DNA of 64,000 nucleotides from Mayamaea pseudoterrestris (Eukaryota), in contig BROI01000018.1 of assembly GCA_027923505.1 (NCBI GenBank), forward strand, positions 496,001 to 560,000. Reading direction: 5' to 3'. This document shows positions 52,007-62,959 of this stretch, piece by piece (within the stretch, counting starts at the first letter, position 1; every line of letters begins with the position of its first letter). Under the pieces are notes generated by a model. That model saw only the letters and a program-made list of their open reading frames with translations, had not been told where the DNA came from and did not search any database. Both the position numbers and the translations under genes were made by a program.

Positions 52007-54991
52007 ATGCAGCAATCAATTGTCCAGGAGGCAGATGGACTGTTGAGGGAGGTGACGAGTAACGACTCTTCTGCTTCCCTGTCGTCCATCATTCTTATGC
52101 CACTTGCCCAGGGAACAACTTCCAGTATATCGTCGCAGCAGCAACAAAATCGAAACAAGATTTCAAAAAAGCGACGAAGAATTATTATTCCAGCCTTTTC
52201 CATCAGTGAAACGAGTGCATCCTCCCATCATGGAGACGTACCCAGCGAAAAGGATGCACATTTTCACTCCAATACAGCAGGAGCTGCAGAATGGCAACAT
52301 GACGACAATGAAAGACCCGACTTGTCCGGTTTTTCGCAACTTCTTTCTGCTCTACTTTTGACGACTGGATTGGCGCTACTATCAGCCCTTGACGCCAAGG
52401 AGCAGTGTCTACAGCACGAAACGAACGCCTTGCTGGATTTGGTGGACGACGACAACTTTCAACAAGCTTACGAGCAAGCATCAAGTGGTAGTACCAACTG
52501 CATTGCTATGTTTCGAAACATTGCTTCCACGGGAAGCATTACCTTTGGTGTTGGCGTGTTTGCATTATCCTTGCTGCGTTGCTGCAATCGTAAACGATAT
52601 ACGAGCAGTCTGCAAAGTATCTTGCGATTGACAATGACGCTTCTCTTGCTTGCGAGTGGAATACTTGCTGCGCAAACCTACAATATTATGGCAGTCATGC
52701 TCATGCCGAGACGGGACGATGTATATGCTACTACAGTGGATGCTGCTGCTGATGATGATGCGATGCAAAACGGTGCGGTCGATGACGAATTTAGCGGTGC
52801 AAGCGACTACATTGTCAACAATAATCCATACCAGTCGCTTGCAGCAGTTGATCGCTATGGGCATGTTGGAGTCAATGCCAACCTTTACTACCTTTCATGG
52901 CTTACGCAGGGACTAGCGCTTGCTTTGGTTTATCAACTCTTCACCGCTGCGGTTCGGTTAATCCGAGCGACGAGAGTCCAAGAGAATCATGCGGCGAATG
53001 GTGCAGCACCACTCATTCATAACGAGACGGCTCGGCAGTCTACGTCACAGCAAGATCTTCTTCCGACTGCCTCATGGACCGATCACTATTATACCTACTC
53101 GCCTCAGAATGCTATGCGACAGCGTCGACGGGCACACTGGTTTCAAAATTTGTACAAGCTGCGCGCTCGCGCTGGCTTTTGGGTTGCTGCGCTCTTCTCA
53201 TGCCTAGTGTTGGTAGCTGCCTCGCTGGCCACTTGGAACCAAGTCATCTGGCCGTACACAAAGGAGAGTCCATCGTCCTGGCAATCCACTAAATATCTGC
53301 ACGTGTGCCAACACTTTGCCGACAATGTTAGCGCCATGCAGAATGACGATGTAGACAGCGCTACCAACAAAAGCTACATGGCTAGCAGCACGGTTCCACT
53401 TTGTCGACGCACCGTGGGGGCGTGGTTGAGTGGAGTCATTGCGACGGCTCTTTGCGCGACTGCTATTGCCATGCACTTGGCGGCCCGGCAGTCGGCGTTG
53501 ACACGGCACCTTTCTATTCTTCACCTCGGTTTCTCACCAACATGGGCAAGCCACGCAAGTAACACCGACGGATTGGTACGTGATCCAACTAGTTCACCGA
53601 GTGGCATACATCATCATGGCGGATCGTCGTGGGAACAGATAATGATTCAGAACAAGATTCCACTACAGACGGAACTGGTTCTGAGCTTTTTGCTGAGCTG
53701 CGTTTTGGGGTTCAACGCCGTCTTTGCGACGGGGGTGCAAGGGCCCGCAGCAACTGTTGGCAATCTCTACTATGCTAGCTGGATCTCGTTTCTGCTCTGT
53801 CTACGCATTTGTTTGGGATGTCTGGAAGAGTACCACGATATCCACGACGATGAGAAGGTGGATGAACTCGTTGACGCCAAAATTAATGCTCATGGCTCCC
53901 GTAGTAACGAACGCGGAGAGGACGTGACTAATGAACTGACTGCCATTGAACAACAGAGGCAGCCATCAGCAGGATATCAGCCGCCGCACATGACAGCTAC
54001 TTCTGCCGACGAATTACAAGTCACCGCGAGTTGCGCCACGGCACAGACCGATCAATCCGTGACGGATCCACACGAGAAAGATCGGTCCAAACGTCTTCGG
54101 GGCTATTTTTTCCTCTGGGTCTTTTCAGCCGTTTGCGCTTGCTCAGCTTACGATGCGGCCGTCAATCATCAAGAGAAAATAACAACCATTCAACACTACA
54201 TGATAATATCCCCTCTCGTTGTTACGGCTGTTTCAGCATGCCTCTTTGGCCTCTGTCTATCGAAGCGATGCTATCAAGTTTTGTCAAGCTTTTGGATTGG
54301 CGGAATTCTGTCAATCATTTGTTTCGCATTCTGGTTCGTTGATCTCGTGTTGACTATGCACTCTGACGATTCGTGGGCTGTTAATGGCATTGGCGAGATT
54401 GAGGACGCCAATTTATACTACTACTCCTGGGCCTCGATAATCACGGCTGGTATTCAAATGATGTACTACATAAAAGCTTACTTTGGAATCCGCTATCAAG
54501 ACAATATGATTCTTGTTTGGATGTCCATTTGCAAGGTTTGCTTTGTTATTTTGGGAGCCTCCATTCATATTTGGCTCACCATCTCTGCGAATTGTGAGTT
54601 TGACGAGATTGCGCTCGGAGCTGTAACCTACTGCTCGCGAACTGTCTTGTCCATGATCGTTGCCTTGACGGGCATGCTGGTTGGCGGACTCGTCGTTTTC
54701 GGCCGCTTGTGCGTCTATATCTGTTGCCGCTACCGATGTTCTCGCATTCAAGCTCACGTTGAGATGCTCATCTCCATGTTCCTGGTTCTACTCTTTGGTG
54801 CAGCTGTTGCTTTGATAACCGGCATTGGCGGTCCTGGACAAACGGTTGGGGATTTGTATTATTCTACCTGGATCGCGTTTTGGGTGTCACTTGGCATTTT
54901 TGTAACCTGCTATAATCAACTTCAAGAAGAGGAGCACGGCGAGGAGGAGAAGGAGCAACGTCACTACGAAGTGTTTACGTCAGACAAATAA
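52007..54991 (+). CDS. Polytopic membrane protein with four-fold internal repeat ending in (A/G)(N/D)LYYxxW
   Basis: About 995 aa with many TM helices. The motifs ANLYYLSW, GNLYYASW, ANLYYYSW and GDLYYSTW recur. Confidence 0.75.
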   Translation: MQQSIVQEADGLLREVTSNDSSASLSSIILMPLAQGTTSSISSQQQQNRNKISKKRRRIIIPAFSISETSASSHHGDVPSEKDAHFHSNTAGAAEWQHDDNERPDLSGFSQLLSALLLTTGLALLSALDAKEQCLQHETNALLDLVDDDNFQQAYEQASSGSTNCIAMFRNIASTGSITFGVGVFALSLLRCCNRKRYTSSLQSILRLTMTLLLLASGILAAQTYNIMAVMLMPRRDDVYATTVDAAADDDAMQNGAVDDEFSGASDYIVNNNPYQSLAAVDRYGHVGVNANLYYLSWLTQGLALALVYQLFTAAVRLIRATRVQENHAANGAAPLIHNETARQSTSQQDLLPTASWTDHYYTYSPQNAMRQRRRAHWFQNLYKLRARAGFWVAALFSCLVLVAASLATWNQVIWPYTKESPSSWQSTKYLHVCQHFADNVSAMQNDDVDSATNKSYMASSTVPLCRRTVGAWLSGVIATALCATAIAMHLAARQSALTRHLSILHLGFSPTWASHASNTDGLVRDPTSSPSGIHHHGGSSWEQIMIQNKIPLQTELVLSFLLSCVLGFNAVFATGVQGPAATVGNLYYASWISFLLCLRICLGCLEEYHDIHDDEKVDELVDAKINAHGSRSNERGEDVTNELTAIEQQRQPSAGYQPPHMTATSADELQVTASCATAQTDQSVTDPHEKDRSKRLRGYFFLWVFSAVCACSAYDAAVNHQEKITTIQHYMIISPLVVTAVSACLFGLCLSKRCYQVLSSFWIGGILSIICFAFWFVDLVLTMHSDDSWAVNGIGEIEDANLYYYSWASIITAGIQMMYYIKAYFGIRYQDNMILVWMSICKVCFVILGASIHIWLTISANCEFDEIALGAVTYCSRTVLSMIVALTGMLVGGLVVFGRLCVYICCRYRCSRIQAHVEMLISMFLVLLFGAAVALITGIGGPGQTVGDLYYSTWIAFWVSLGIFVTCYNQLQEEEHGEEEKEQRHYEVFTSDK

Positions 54992-55145
54992 GTAGGCTCT
55001 GCGTGTGCAGTTGAGGCATAATGATTGAGTAGGCACATCGATAGCTGCGATACATGCCAGCCTATGGCAAGAACTTGCCTCATTTGATCACAACAAGTCT
55101 TTTAAGGCTAAATATAAGGTTTACTAGTGAGTAGATTAACATTGT

Positions 55146-58100
55146 TTAGTCGTCTACTTTAGCTGCCTTCTTTTTCTTGCTTGCTGGAGTCGCTGGCTTT
55201 TTCAACGTTGCCTTTCCATTGCTTCCAGCCTTGCATTTCCCTTGACTGGAGCGTTCCGCTTCGATTGATTTTGCGATGCCATACGTGTCCTCGCCCCCAC
55301 TATGTGCCTTGTTGCTATTGTCACCATTAATGTCCACTAGCTTTCCCCATCGACGAAGTTTCCCTTCCTTGACTCTGAGCTCGACCGGGCCATGAGCAAA
55401 AATACATTTCCTCTTTATGCGCATGGGACATGCTGTTCCATAGCTGACTGACCAATGGTTACAAAGTCGAGTTCGAAAGCGTGGATCCTCCGAACATCGA
55501 ATTAAGTCCTTATTGTCTCGGCGACGAATTGAAGAATCCACCACACGACGCTCCCATTCCTCGTCAGAGCGGCTCCAGCCGCGGCAATGAAAATTCTTGG
55601 CAGCGCTGCTAGCTTCCCATATGATTATCTCGCCAGCGTCGGGTAATGTGTCATTCTGCTGTATGCCAGGAAGCGGTGTAGGCGTTGACCGCTTTTGTAT
55701 CATCGGTGCTAGCAGCCTTGCAGGATCATCTACTGCCAACTCATCCATCAGCAAAAGATCCAATGTATTACATTCTGTTCTATCCAATTCGTCTGCCACC
55801 TTCAAATTAGACGACGAGGGAACCTCTTCAGGGAGTGACAGCATTTCGTCATGATGAACATCCTTATCAATTTGCTCCGTGATGGTCGTTATTTGCTTCT
55901 CGATACGCATATCCAATACACCTGCTTGAAGTGGTACTATAGTGTACCTTTCGCACAACTGGTCGTCTTTAGGTAGATAGCTCCGACAAACGTTGTAGCA
56001 ATGGATGAGCAAACCAGGAAACCGCAGTTCAAAGTATTTCAAAAGGCCAGTAGCAGAATTATTCATCGTCGATTTAAGTTCGCTTGGTAGTTCATCAAAG
56101 TGATGGCTTTTATTTCTAACGAGACGTAGCAAGTCCCTGACCGACGACGGATCATATGTGCGAAATCGCACCACGTTATTGACGAGCATCGCGTCAAGCT
56201 CCGTGTCCCATGAAAGACCAACCACCTCCGATGCCTTCCTCTCGACTAAGAGCGTCAAGGCGGATATCCTATCGTCAACCGCGATAGCGTCGCTTTCAAT
56301 CCGATCTGAAAAATCACACAAGAAACTCAGTCGTCGCTCATCGTACCAAAAGAAAGGGTGGTCGCAGACTTGCGTTGCAGTGGGACGACATCGTGGATTT
56401 CTTTGTATCATGCTTTGTACCAAATCATACGCATCAGCCGATATTCCTTTTAAGGCGGCGATGTCAGGACGATTGTACATTATGTTTGCTTCCCTTTCCC
56501 ACCATTCACCAAATGCATGCGCAGTCGGCACGATTGTAGAGTAGAAAATGCATCCCAAAGAGAATATATCGACCGATCTGCTTGTCCTCGCACAGCCTGC
56601 TGCTTCGACAGGTGAAACAGAGTCTCCAGTTTGCGAGTCCGTCGGCATTGCACTGCTCTCTTCCGATCGCGCGCTGGCATCTGACGGTGATCGCATACTC
56701 ATAACCTCAGGAGCTTGCCAACCGACACTACCAGGACCAATCCCACCAATCGAAGATTGTGCACCATTAGATTGGCCGCGAATTGAATCAACCAATATAC
56801 TTGCACCAAAGCTGCTCTGTCCCATCAATTGCTTGCCTAGCCCCATGTCGGAAATCTTGGCCACATACTCGTGGTGCTGAAAGACTTGCAAAACATCGCC
56901 GCTATGACTTTTAGGGCCCTTTGCGGCAGCCAGTAAAATGTTGGCTGGTTTCAAGTCTCGGTGAACAATCCGGAGGCTATGCAAATGCTTCACGCCGTTT
57001 GCAATTTGCGACAAGATAAACTTGGTAGACTCGAGAGTAGGGGTCGCACGTATATTATCCTTGTCGATGTTAATGTGATGCGCTCCCAACACTAAAATAA
57101 GGTCATGCAATGAAAGATCGCACAGTTCAAGAGCGAGATAAACAAAATCGCCCCGTACTTCCTTCAAGAAATATCGTACAACATTAGCATGCCCATCAGA
57201 TTCAATAAGCAGCGATATTTCACGATCCGCGCTTGCATGATAAGCCCGAAGCATCCGCTTGACAGCCACAAGGCGCCCTTCCAGCGAGCCTTTGTAGACA
57301 ACAGTTCCGTGTCCACCGTACCCTAGTATAGAATCGTCAAAGACCTTTATCAGCCCAACATGTGTCGCTTGGTCCACTGACAGACCTTGGCGTTCCATCT
57401 CTTTGGCCGCTCGTTGCCGCTTCCGTCGGCCCAATTCAAAAGACACGACAAAAATCATAGCAATAAATGGAGGCAGCCATGAGCCCAACAATCGAAGCAT
57501 TCGACGGTACCGTCGTCGCTCATGACTGCGCCGCTCATCGTAGTGCGGAAGCGTAAAGTAATGCTCCGGAAAATCCACGTAACCGCGATAAACATCAACG
57601 ACCCCATTGTCGCCATTCATATCCACAAGAAATGAGTGGTCCGCATTATCGTAGATATCAGAAACATCTGACTTTCCGACGCATGCTGGAAAGTTAACGC
57701 CTCCTGGGCGACAACGTTTCCGTCGAGGTAAATGATGCTCATATGAATAATGCGGCGCTCGCTGGATGCGATTCGGATGACTTCCAACACCGGATATAAT
57801 GTTAAAATTTCTTTTGGCAGCGGTAATTGGGTTTTGCGAATGATAACTGCCGCTTCCATGCGGCTGACCTCCAAGACTCATTGCATATAGCTGGCCATTT
57901 GGCATGGCACCGACAATTGACTGCTCATCCCCATCTGTTTCAGCGTAGACTGTGCCATCTATCAAGCCTTGCATTTGCCGCTCCATCTCACGCTTCAAAT
58001 AATCGGCCGAACCATCTGGTAGTATAGCATCTGGCACCATTTTGACTTGCAAGGATGCTCCAGTCTCTGCGTCAATCGCAAAGGTGACTGCGGCCGCGAA

Positions 58101-59231
58101 TAACTTACGCGCGGCAACCCATTTTATCGACCCGAACGACACGTTCGCTAACGCAACGTTTCCACTTGGTGTTGTAAGTATGATGGCCGATTCGTGAATT
58201 GCTGATTGTTGTTGTGGCGTATAATGTGTTGAAACGTCTTGGCTAATGACTGTGTCAGCATCGGCTGCCGTACCAGTCGATGCTTTGCTTTCTCCACCAC
58301 GTCCAAGCATCATATCATTCATACCCATTATTCGAGCCGTCGAAACCTGCGCATCCAATGTCCCAGACCGTGGTTTGTACAAAGTTACTGTCTCATCCAC
58401 TCGGCCAAGCCAGACAAATTGACTGGCTTTTTCTTGTGCTGCAGATTCGTCACCAATCGCCTCTCCCGGAACATCCATCGGAACAGAATCAGGACCAAAT
58501 CCTTTGGTGTGCTCAAAAGCGACTGGCAAATCTTCGTATACTGGAATGTCAGTTACTCGATAGGCCTCACCAGGGCGCGCTTGCCGCAAGTCGTCGTTTC
58601 CGTCACCATCAGCTGCCACTGGTTCCACTTGTACTATGTTGCCATTTGACGCATCCAACAAAAAGGCATTCGCCTTGCTACTCGCCGTATAAAGGCGCCC
58701 TCGAGCATCGACAAAGGGCGCTCGAGAACACAAGTCGCTCATGGTGGTGGTCACTGTAACGTCCTGGGCCGTTAGCGATACGCGACGTCCATCCGTCCAT
58801 GGAACGGCCAGAGTATAATCAAGAGCTGCGTTTGCTTCGTGTTGTAATGCAGAGGATCGAGTGGTTGTTGTTGTGGAGAGTAGTGGAGAAAGAATAGAGG
58901 ATGCATGTTGCTGATCCCTTGGCTTCGTATCGTGCGCACCATTTTGCGGCGTGAAAAAGTCAAACGAAGCTTCTTGCTTCCAAAGCAAATCACCCGTATT
59001 TATGTCAAGACCCGTCAAGCTTCCATCAATGCCAGCGACTATTAAGACGCTTGATCGTTGGGGTGGCGATGCATTTGGCTTAGTAGATTGATCCAAAGCT
59101 GATTCCATAATCGCGGCTGACAGCGAAAATGAAAGCTGGAAAAGCAGCAAGCAAAGCAGTATATGTGATAGAAATTTTCGCTTTATTTTCCAATTACAGA
59201 GGATTTGAAAAGCTTTGGAGTAGAGCTTCAT
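55146..59231 (-). CDS. IRE1: IRE1 ER-stress sensor kinase/endoribonuclease with C-terminal CCCH finger extension
   Basis: Signal peptide, luminal domain (IDGSLTGLDINTGDLLW) and a TM helix. Kinase motifs LGYGGHGTVVYKG, VAVKRML, REISLLIESDGHANVVRY, HRDLKPANIL and KISDMGL. KEN domain motifs RLSFLCDFSDRIE and SVRDLLRLVRNKSHHF. Confidence 0.95.
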   Translation of the reverse strand: MKLYSKAFQILCNWKIKRKFLSHILLCLLLFQLSFSLSAAIMESALDQSTKPNASPPQRSSVLIVAGIDGSLTGLDINTGDLLWKQEASFDFFTPQNGAHDTKPRDQQHASSILSPLLSTTTTTRSSALQHEANAALDYTLAVPWTDGRRVSLTAQDVTVTTTMSDLCSRAPFVDARGRLYTASSKANAFLLDASNGNIVQVEPVAADGDGNDDLRQARPGEAYRVTDIPVYEDLPVAFEHTKGFGPDSVPMDVPGEAIGDESAAQEKASQFVWLGRVDETVTLYKPRSGTLDAQVSTARIMGMNDMMLGRGGESKASTGTAADADTVISQDVSTHYTPQQQSAIHESAIILTTPSGNVALANVSFGSIKWVAARKLFAAAVTFAIDAETGASLQVKMVPDAILPDGSADYLKREMERQMQGLIDGTVYAETDGDEQSIVGAMPNGQLYAMSLGGQPHGSGSYHSQNPITAAKRNFNIISGVGSHPNRIQRAPHYSYEHHLPRRKRCRPGGVNFPACVGKSDVSDIYDNADHSFLVDMNGDNGVVDVYRGYVDFPEHYFTLPHYDERRSHERRRYRRMLRLLGSWLPPFIAMIFVVSFELGRRKRQRAAKEMERQGLSVDQATHVGLIKVFDDSILGYGGHGTVVYKGSLEGRLVAVKRMLRAYHASADREISLLIESDGHANVVRYFLKEVRGDFVYLALELCDLSLHDLILVLGAHHINIDKDNIRATPTLESTKFILSQIANGVKHLHSLRIVHRDLKPANILLAAAKGPKSHSGDVLQVFQHHEYVAKISDMGLGKQLMGQSSFGASILVDSIRGQSNGAQSSIGGIGPGSVGWQAPEVMSMRSPSDASARSEESSAMPTDSQTGDSVSPVEAAGCARTSRSVDIFSLGCIFYSTIVPTAHAFGEWWEREANIMYNRPDIAALKGISADAYDLVQSMIQRNPRCRPTATQVCDHPFFWYDERRLSFLCDFSDRIESDAIAVDDRISALTLLVERKASEVVGLSWDTELDAMLVNNVVRFRTYDPSSVRDLLRLVRNKSHHFDELPSELKSTMNNSATGLLKYFELRFPGLLIHCYNVCRSYLPKDDQLCERYTIVPLQAGVLDMRIEKQITTITEQIDKDVHHDEMLSLPEEVPSSSNLKVADELDRTECNTLDLLLMDELAVDDPARLLAPMIQKRSTPTPLPGIQQNDTLPDAGEIIIWEASSAAKNFHCRGWSRSDEEWERRVVDSSIRRRDNKDLIRCSEDPRFRTRLCNHWSVSYGTACPMRIKRKCIFAHGPVELRVKEGKLRRWGKLVDINGDNSNKAHSGGEDTYGIAKSIEAERSSQGKCKAGSNGKATLKKPATPASKKKKAAKVDD

Positions 59232-59769
59232 CTTGTCTTAAAAGCAGCCAGGGGGGCGAGCCGTCACGCCTGCTGATTGGTAGCCGCAAGCCGTTGGTTG
59301 CTTTTTTGCTTTTCGGCGGCAGCAGCTGCTCGCGTATTCAATTGCAGACTCTGTAGATCTTGTTTTGTTAAAATGGCTTTGCTAAATTGCAGATGCAAAA
59401 CGCCACATGCTGCGTTTCTTGGTGTGAAAGTTTGATGGTGCGAGGAGGATGCTTGCTGGCGCTGCGAAGTTCGGTGTCGCAGCGTTTCTTACGCACCGTG
59501 AATGAGTACGTCAGCAACGAACCATGACATCACGGAATTCACGATGATAGCAATGCCGGCAGCTATGTAAAGGCGGGCTACAAGAAGCGGTCTCAAAGCC
59601 GCAAGAAACGGGAGCAATACTGCAAATATGCAACTAGCTTTGTTCACAAGTACAAGAGTATTGAAGGTATATAACGTATGAGTAGTAAATTTGCAAAGCT
59701 GTCTGTTGATCATCCGAACAAAGGAATGATGCAGCGACGATACTGTATCCAACCATTCGGGAGACTGAT

Positions 59770-61173
59770 TTAAATACGAGAGCCACTAAACACAACGGGA
59801 TGCACCAACCGAAATAGCCAGACTGCCGCAAATATATACGTGACAGAAGCCGCCAAAAGCACTCCAAGGGTTGACATAAGCGTTGCGTTGACAACGTAGC
59901 ATGAGACGCATCCCGACTTGATCAAGCCATTGCCAAACTTTGGCACTTGGGAAATTGCAAAGATGGTACTGACGGCAAATACTTCAGCGCTACTCCATGC
60001 AAAGGAAACTTCGGTCCAGAACAAGAGTCGTTCCAGCTGTCGCCGCGTGAGTGGCGCATGTAAAAGGACGCAGCAAAGTATCATGCAAACGAGTGGAAAG
60101 ACCACGCCAAGGAAAAACCAAACAATGGCAAGCCAAGTCATGCGACCAAAAGTTCCATCTTCTGAGCTTGTTGGTAGTTCGGCTCCGAGTTTGACAATCG
60201 AATAGTATTCTGCCTCGCGTTCAACGGAACCCTGCAGACTGCTGACTTGGTAGACGTAAAGAGTTATACCAGCTATAAACATTGCGATTGATGCCAGCAG
60301 TAAAAAAGAGATGGTGACCACTGAGCAGTTTTTGAGCTTTCCAAGTCGCTTTACTCCAAGTTTTGCTCTTGTACTCGCCGCAACTGCAGCATTGTCATTC
60401 ATCGCCTCCTCCTCCGGACCACAGTCAACTATGGGTCGATAGATAATTGATCGATGCCTATACAAGACTCGCTGCGTCCACACCAAGCTCAACATTGTCG
60501 CACAAACAAAGCCAAAAATTCCATATCGCGGCAACACATAAACCTCAACGCTTGGTCCGCCCAAGTCAATGGACGACCGGAAGACGACAGCAATCTCCAA
60601 AAAGACGACAATATCGACAAAGCTCCACTTGCCTAAAGCGTCTAGCCAAACTAGGAGCCGTTCGCGTCGCAGTGGTTTCTTATGAAAGGGCATGATCCAC
60701 GCGTACAATGTCAGTAGCATTTTAATGTAGGGCCATGATATGCTTGTCAACACGACCAACACCACTAGTGCATAACTTCCCGTATCCCAAAGACTTTTGA
60801 CGGACGTAAAGACAGAGGCAGTCAAGATGACTTGTGTTTGAACATTGAACAATACATCGTCAACTGGAACCAGTTGGCGAATGACCGAAACGCCACTGCC
60901 AATGTCGGAGACGAGCAGTAAAATCATGGTTAACGTCAAAGCAGCTGGCAAGCCAAAGCGCTCAAATGCCGATATGTTTGAATTTCGAAAATGGCTTGGA
61001 CATGCTGATTGATTTTGTTGTTGAGAATGAAATGAGAGCTCGCTTGTTGCAGCCTCGATTGCATCTGCGTCTTTATCTTTGGCGAAAGACGTCTCATATT
61101 CCTGCTCCTTGCCCATGCTGCTACTTTGTTCGACGTCATGGATCCCATTATTCTGTAGAAATGACCAAGACAT
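59770..61173 (-). CDS. Paraquat-inducible protein A (PqiA)-like membrane protein
   Basis: Two repeated TM halves: SVFTSVKSLW...SISWPYIK...WLDALGKWSFVDIVV and SIVKLG...GVVFPL...AWSSAEVF. Confidence 0.72.
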   Translation of the reverse strand: MSWSFLQNNGIHDVEQSSSMGKEQEYETSFAKDKDADAIEAATSELSFHSQQQNQSACPSHFRNSNISAFERFGLPAALTLTMILLLVSDIGSGVSVIRQLVPVDDVLFNVQTQVILTASVFTSVKSLWDTGSYALVVLVVLTSISWPYIKMLLTLYAWIMPFHKKPLRRERLLVWLDALGKWSFVDIVVFLEIAVVFRSSIDLGGPSVEVYVLPRYGIFGFVCATMLSLVWTQRVLYRHRSIIYRPIVDCGPEEEAMNDNAAVAASTRAKLGVKRLGKLKNCSVVTISFLLLASIAMFIAGITLYVYQVSSLQGSVEREAEYYSIVKLGAELPTSSEDGTFGRMTWLAIVWFFLGVVFPLVCMILCCVLLHAPLTRRQLERLLFWTEVSFAWSSAEVFAVSTIFAISQVPKFGNGLIKSGCVSCYVVNATLMSTLGVLLAASVTYIFAAVWLFRLVHPVVFSGSRI

Positions 61174-61783
61174 GAATGAGCTTCCATTTTATAAAGAAAT
61201 CGTTCTGTGATAGTACATGCACTATTGATTAAGCAACTAGTTTAGGTATGGTAGTCGAACCTCCGTCGGAACTCGGAACGCAAGTTTTGATGCACTCCTA
61301 CCTCACTTGATTCTGCTTTCGTATCTTCTAGATCGGAACTCATGGGAACGAGCTGTATTGTGACAATAGTAATTTATCCTTTGCATCAACGAGTAATGAA
61401 GCTGCAACTAAGGTGCGAAAAACTGATTGCAGTGAATCATCCCCATGGCGGCGAACCGTCAAGATCGTGTGTGTCGCACCAGTTCTCGTTGCGACGTGAA
61501 CGGTCGACCCATGGGTACATGGCTGGGCCGCTAGCTAAGAACTTCTGAACTGCGGCTGTATACGAGTGCGATGCAGCACGGAAATCACGTAAACACGCAA
61601 ATTATATGCTTGAATATCCGACTGCTGGTGGCCACCGTGTACCGGTGAAATTTAGCGTCTTAGCAATGCTACACCTCATAGACATTCTAACATTTGCTCG
61701 GCCACGGAGAAAGCCCGCCTGGTTTCAACAACTAACAAAATGGTTCAAGAATAATGCAGTCCATGGTATGCTATAGGCCTTTG

Positions 61784-62959
61784 CTACACCACATTCTCGT
61801 ATTCCGATGATTCCCGGACATTGGATCGAAAGGTGGCATATTCAGTGGGCGAAGCGTCTTGCTCTCGCTGCTCCGCTCCGAAATCAACACCTTCCAGAAG
61901 TGGAGTGCGAATGTTGTTTTCCGATCCTCCATTAAGTCGTCTCCTTTTAAAATTGCTTGATTTTGATCGAAAGTGTGCCATGTGCGCATCCCACTTGTAA
62001 ATAATTCCCGTGCCGGCCACCCAGTCATGAAGCATGCGGCCGTCTCGTCGAATAATTCCAATCAAGCCTAGCAGCGGCATTACAACTGAAGTCAAGGGCA
62101 GGAGCAGTGTCCGTAAAAGTGCGCGTCCGAAAGGAACATTAACATTGTCATCATCTTCCTCGGTGCGAGCAGCAACTCTCGATGACGACCGTCGGTCAAC
62201 CACGATTTTAAGACCGACGATGTTCATTCCCAAAGTTTTGCTCACAAGTACAGTGCACAAGAAAAAGTAGAGAAACCAATATAGTCCATACAATCCTCCA
62301 GCCCAAACGCCGCCGTTATCAACCGAAGGCTGTCGTTCACCCGTTAAAATCGACCAACACTGATCAGCGAGCACAGCCAAACACGCAAAGCTAAAGGTTA
62401 CAAACATGACATCAATCAGCATCGCTATCGCTTTGGATAAAATGCCGCAGTAGCGTTCTTGTACGGCCATTGCCTTGCGCACGCGTCCCGACGGGACTTC
62501 CGATTCATTTTCGCCATTGCCATTGCCCAATGCAGCAGCAGTCCGGTCATACACCGGCGGTAAATAGTTCCAACGCCGACGACAAGTACACCATCCGACA
62601 CCTTTCATGATCCACAAGTCTAAAACAATCACTTGCGAACGCAGCGCATCCAAGACTTCAGTCGCCATGCCAGTCGTTGAATGCGCAACAATCGAGCCCA
62701 TGTCTGTTTGCATCAACATTCTATTCACATCTACCTTTGCCACTATCGTATTTACATCGATTTTATCATTCAAAAGGTGGTTCCAGTCAATGCGCTCGAG
62801 CAAGCGATTGATGTCAATGCGATCCACCAAGGCATTCACGTCGATGCGCTCCAAAACGTCCTCGACATTGACGCGACGAACAACGCCATCCACGTCGACG
62901 CACTCCACAATGGGACTGACAATGGCATTGCTAATGGCTTGAGTTATAATGCTTGCCAT
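61784..62959 (-). CDS. RDD-family membrane protein with N-terminal (R/K)(I/V)D(V/I)N repeats
   Basis: RDD core YCGILSKAIAMLID...YFF...KTLGMNIVGLKIV...RALLR...RMLHDWVAGT, preceded by 9-aa repeats. Confidence 0.85.
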   Translation of the reverse strand: MASIITQAISNAIVSPIVECVDVDGVVRRVNVEDVLERIDVNALVDRIDINRLLERIDWNHLLNDKIDVNTIVAKVDVNRMLMQTDMGSIVAHSTTGMATEVLDALRSQVIVLDLWIMKGVGWCTCRRRWNYLPPVYDRTAAALGNGNGENESEVPSGRVRKAMAVQERYCGILSKAIAMLIDVMFVTFSFACLAVLADQCWSILTGERQPSVDNGGVWAGGLYGLYWFLYFFLCTVLVSKTLGMNIVGLKIVVDRRSSSRVAARTEEDDDNVNVPFGRALLRTLLLPLTSVVMPLLGLIGIIRRDGRMLHDWVAGTGIIYKWDAHMAHFRSKSSNFKRRRLNGGSENNIRTPLLEGVDFGAEQREQDASPTEYATFRSNVRESSEYENVV

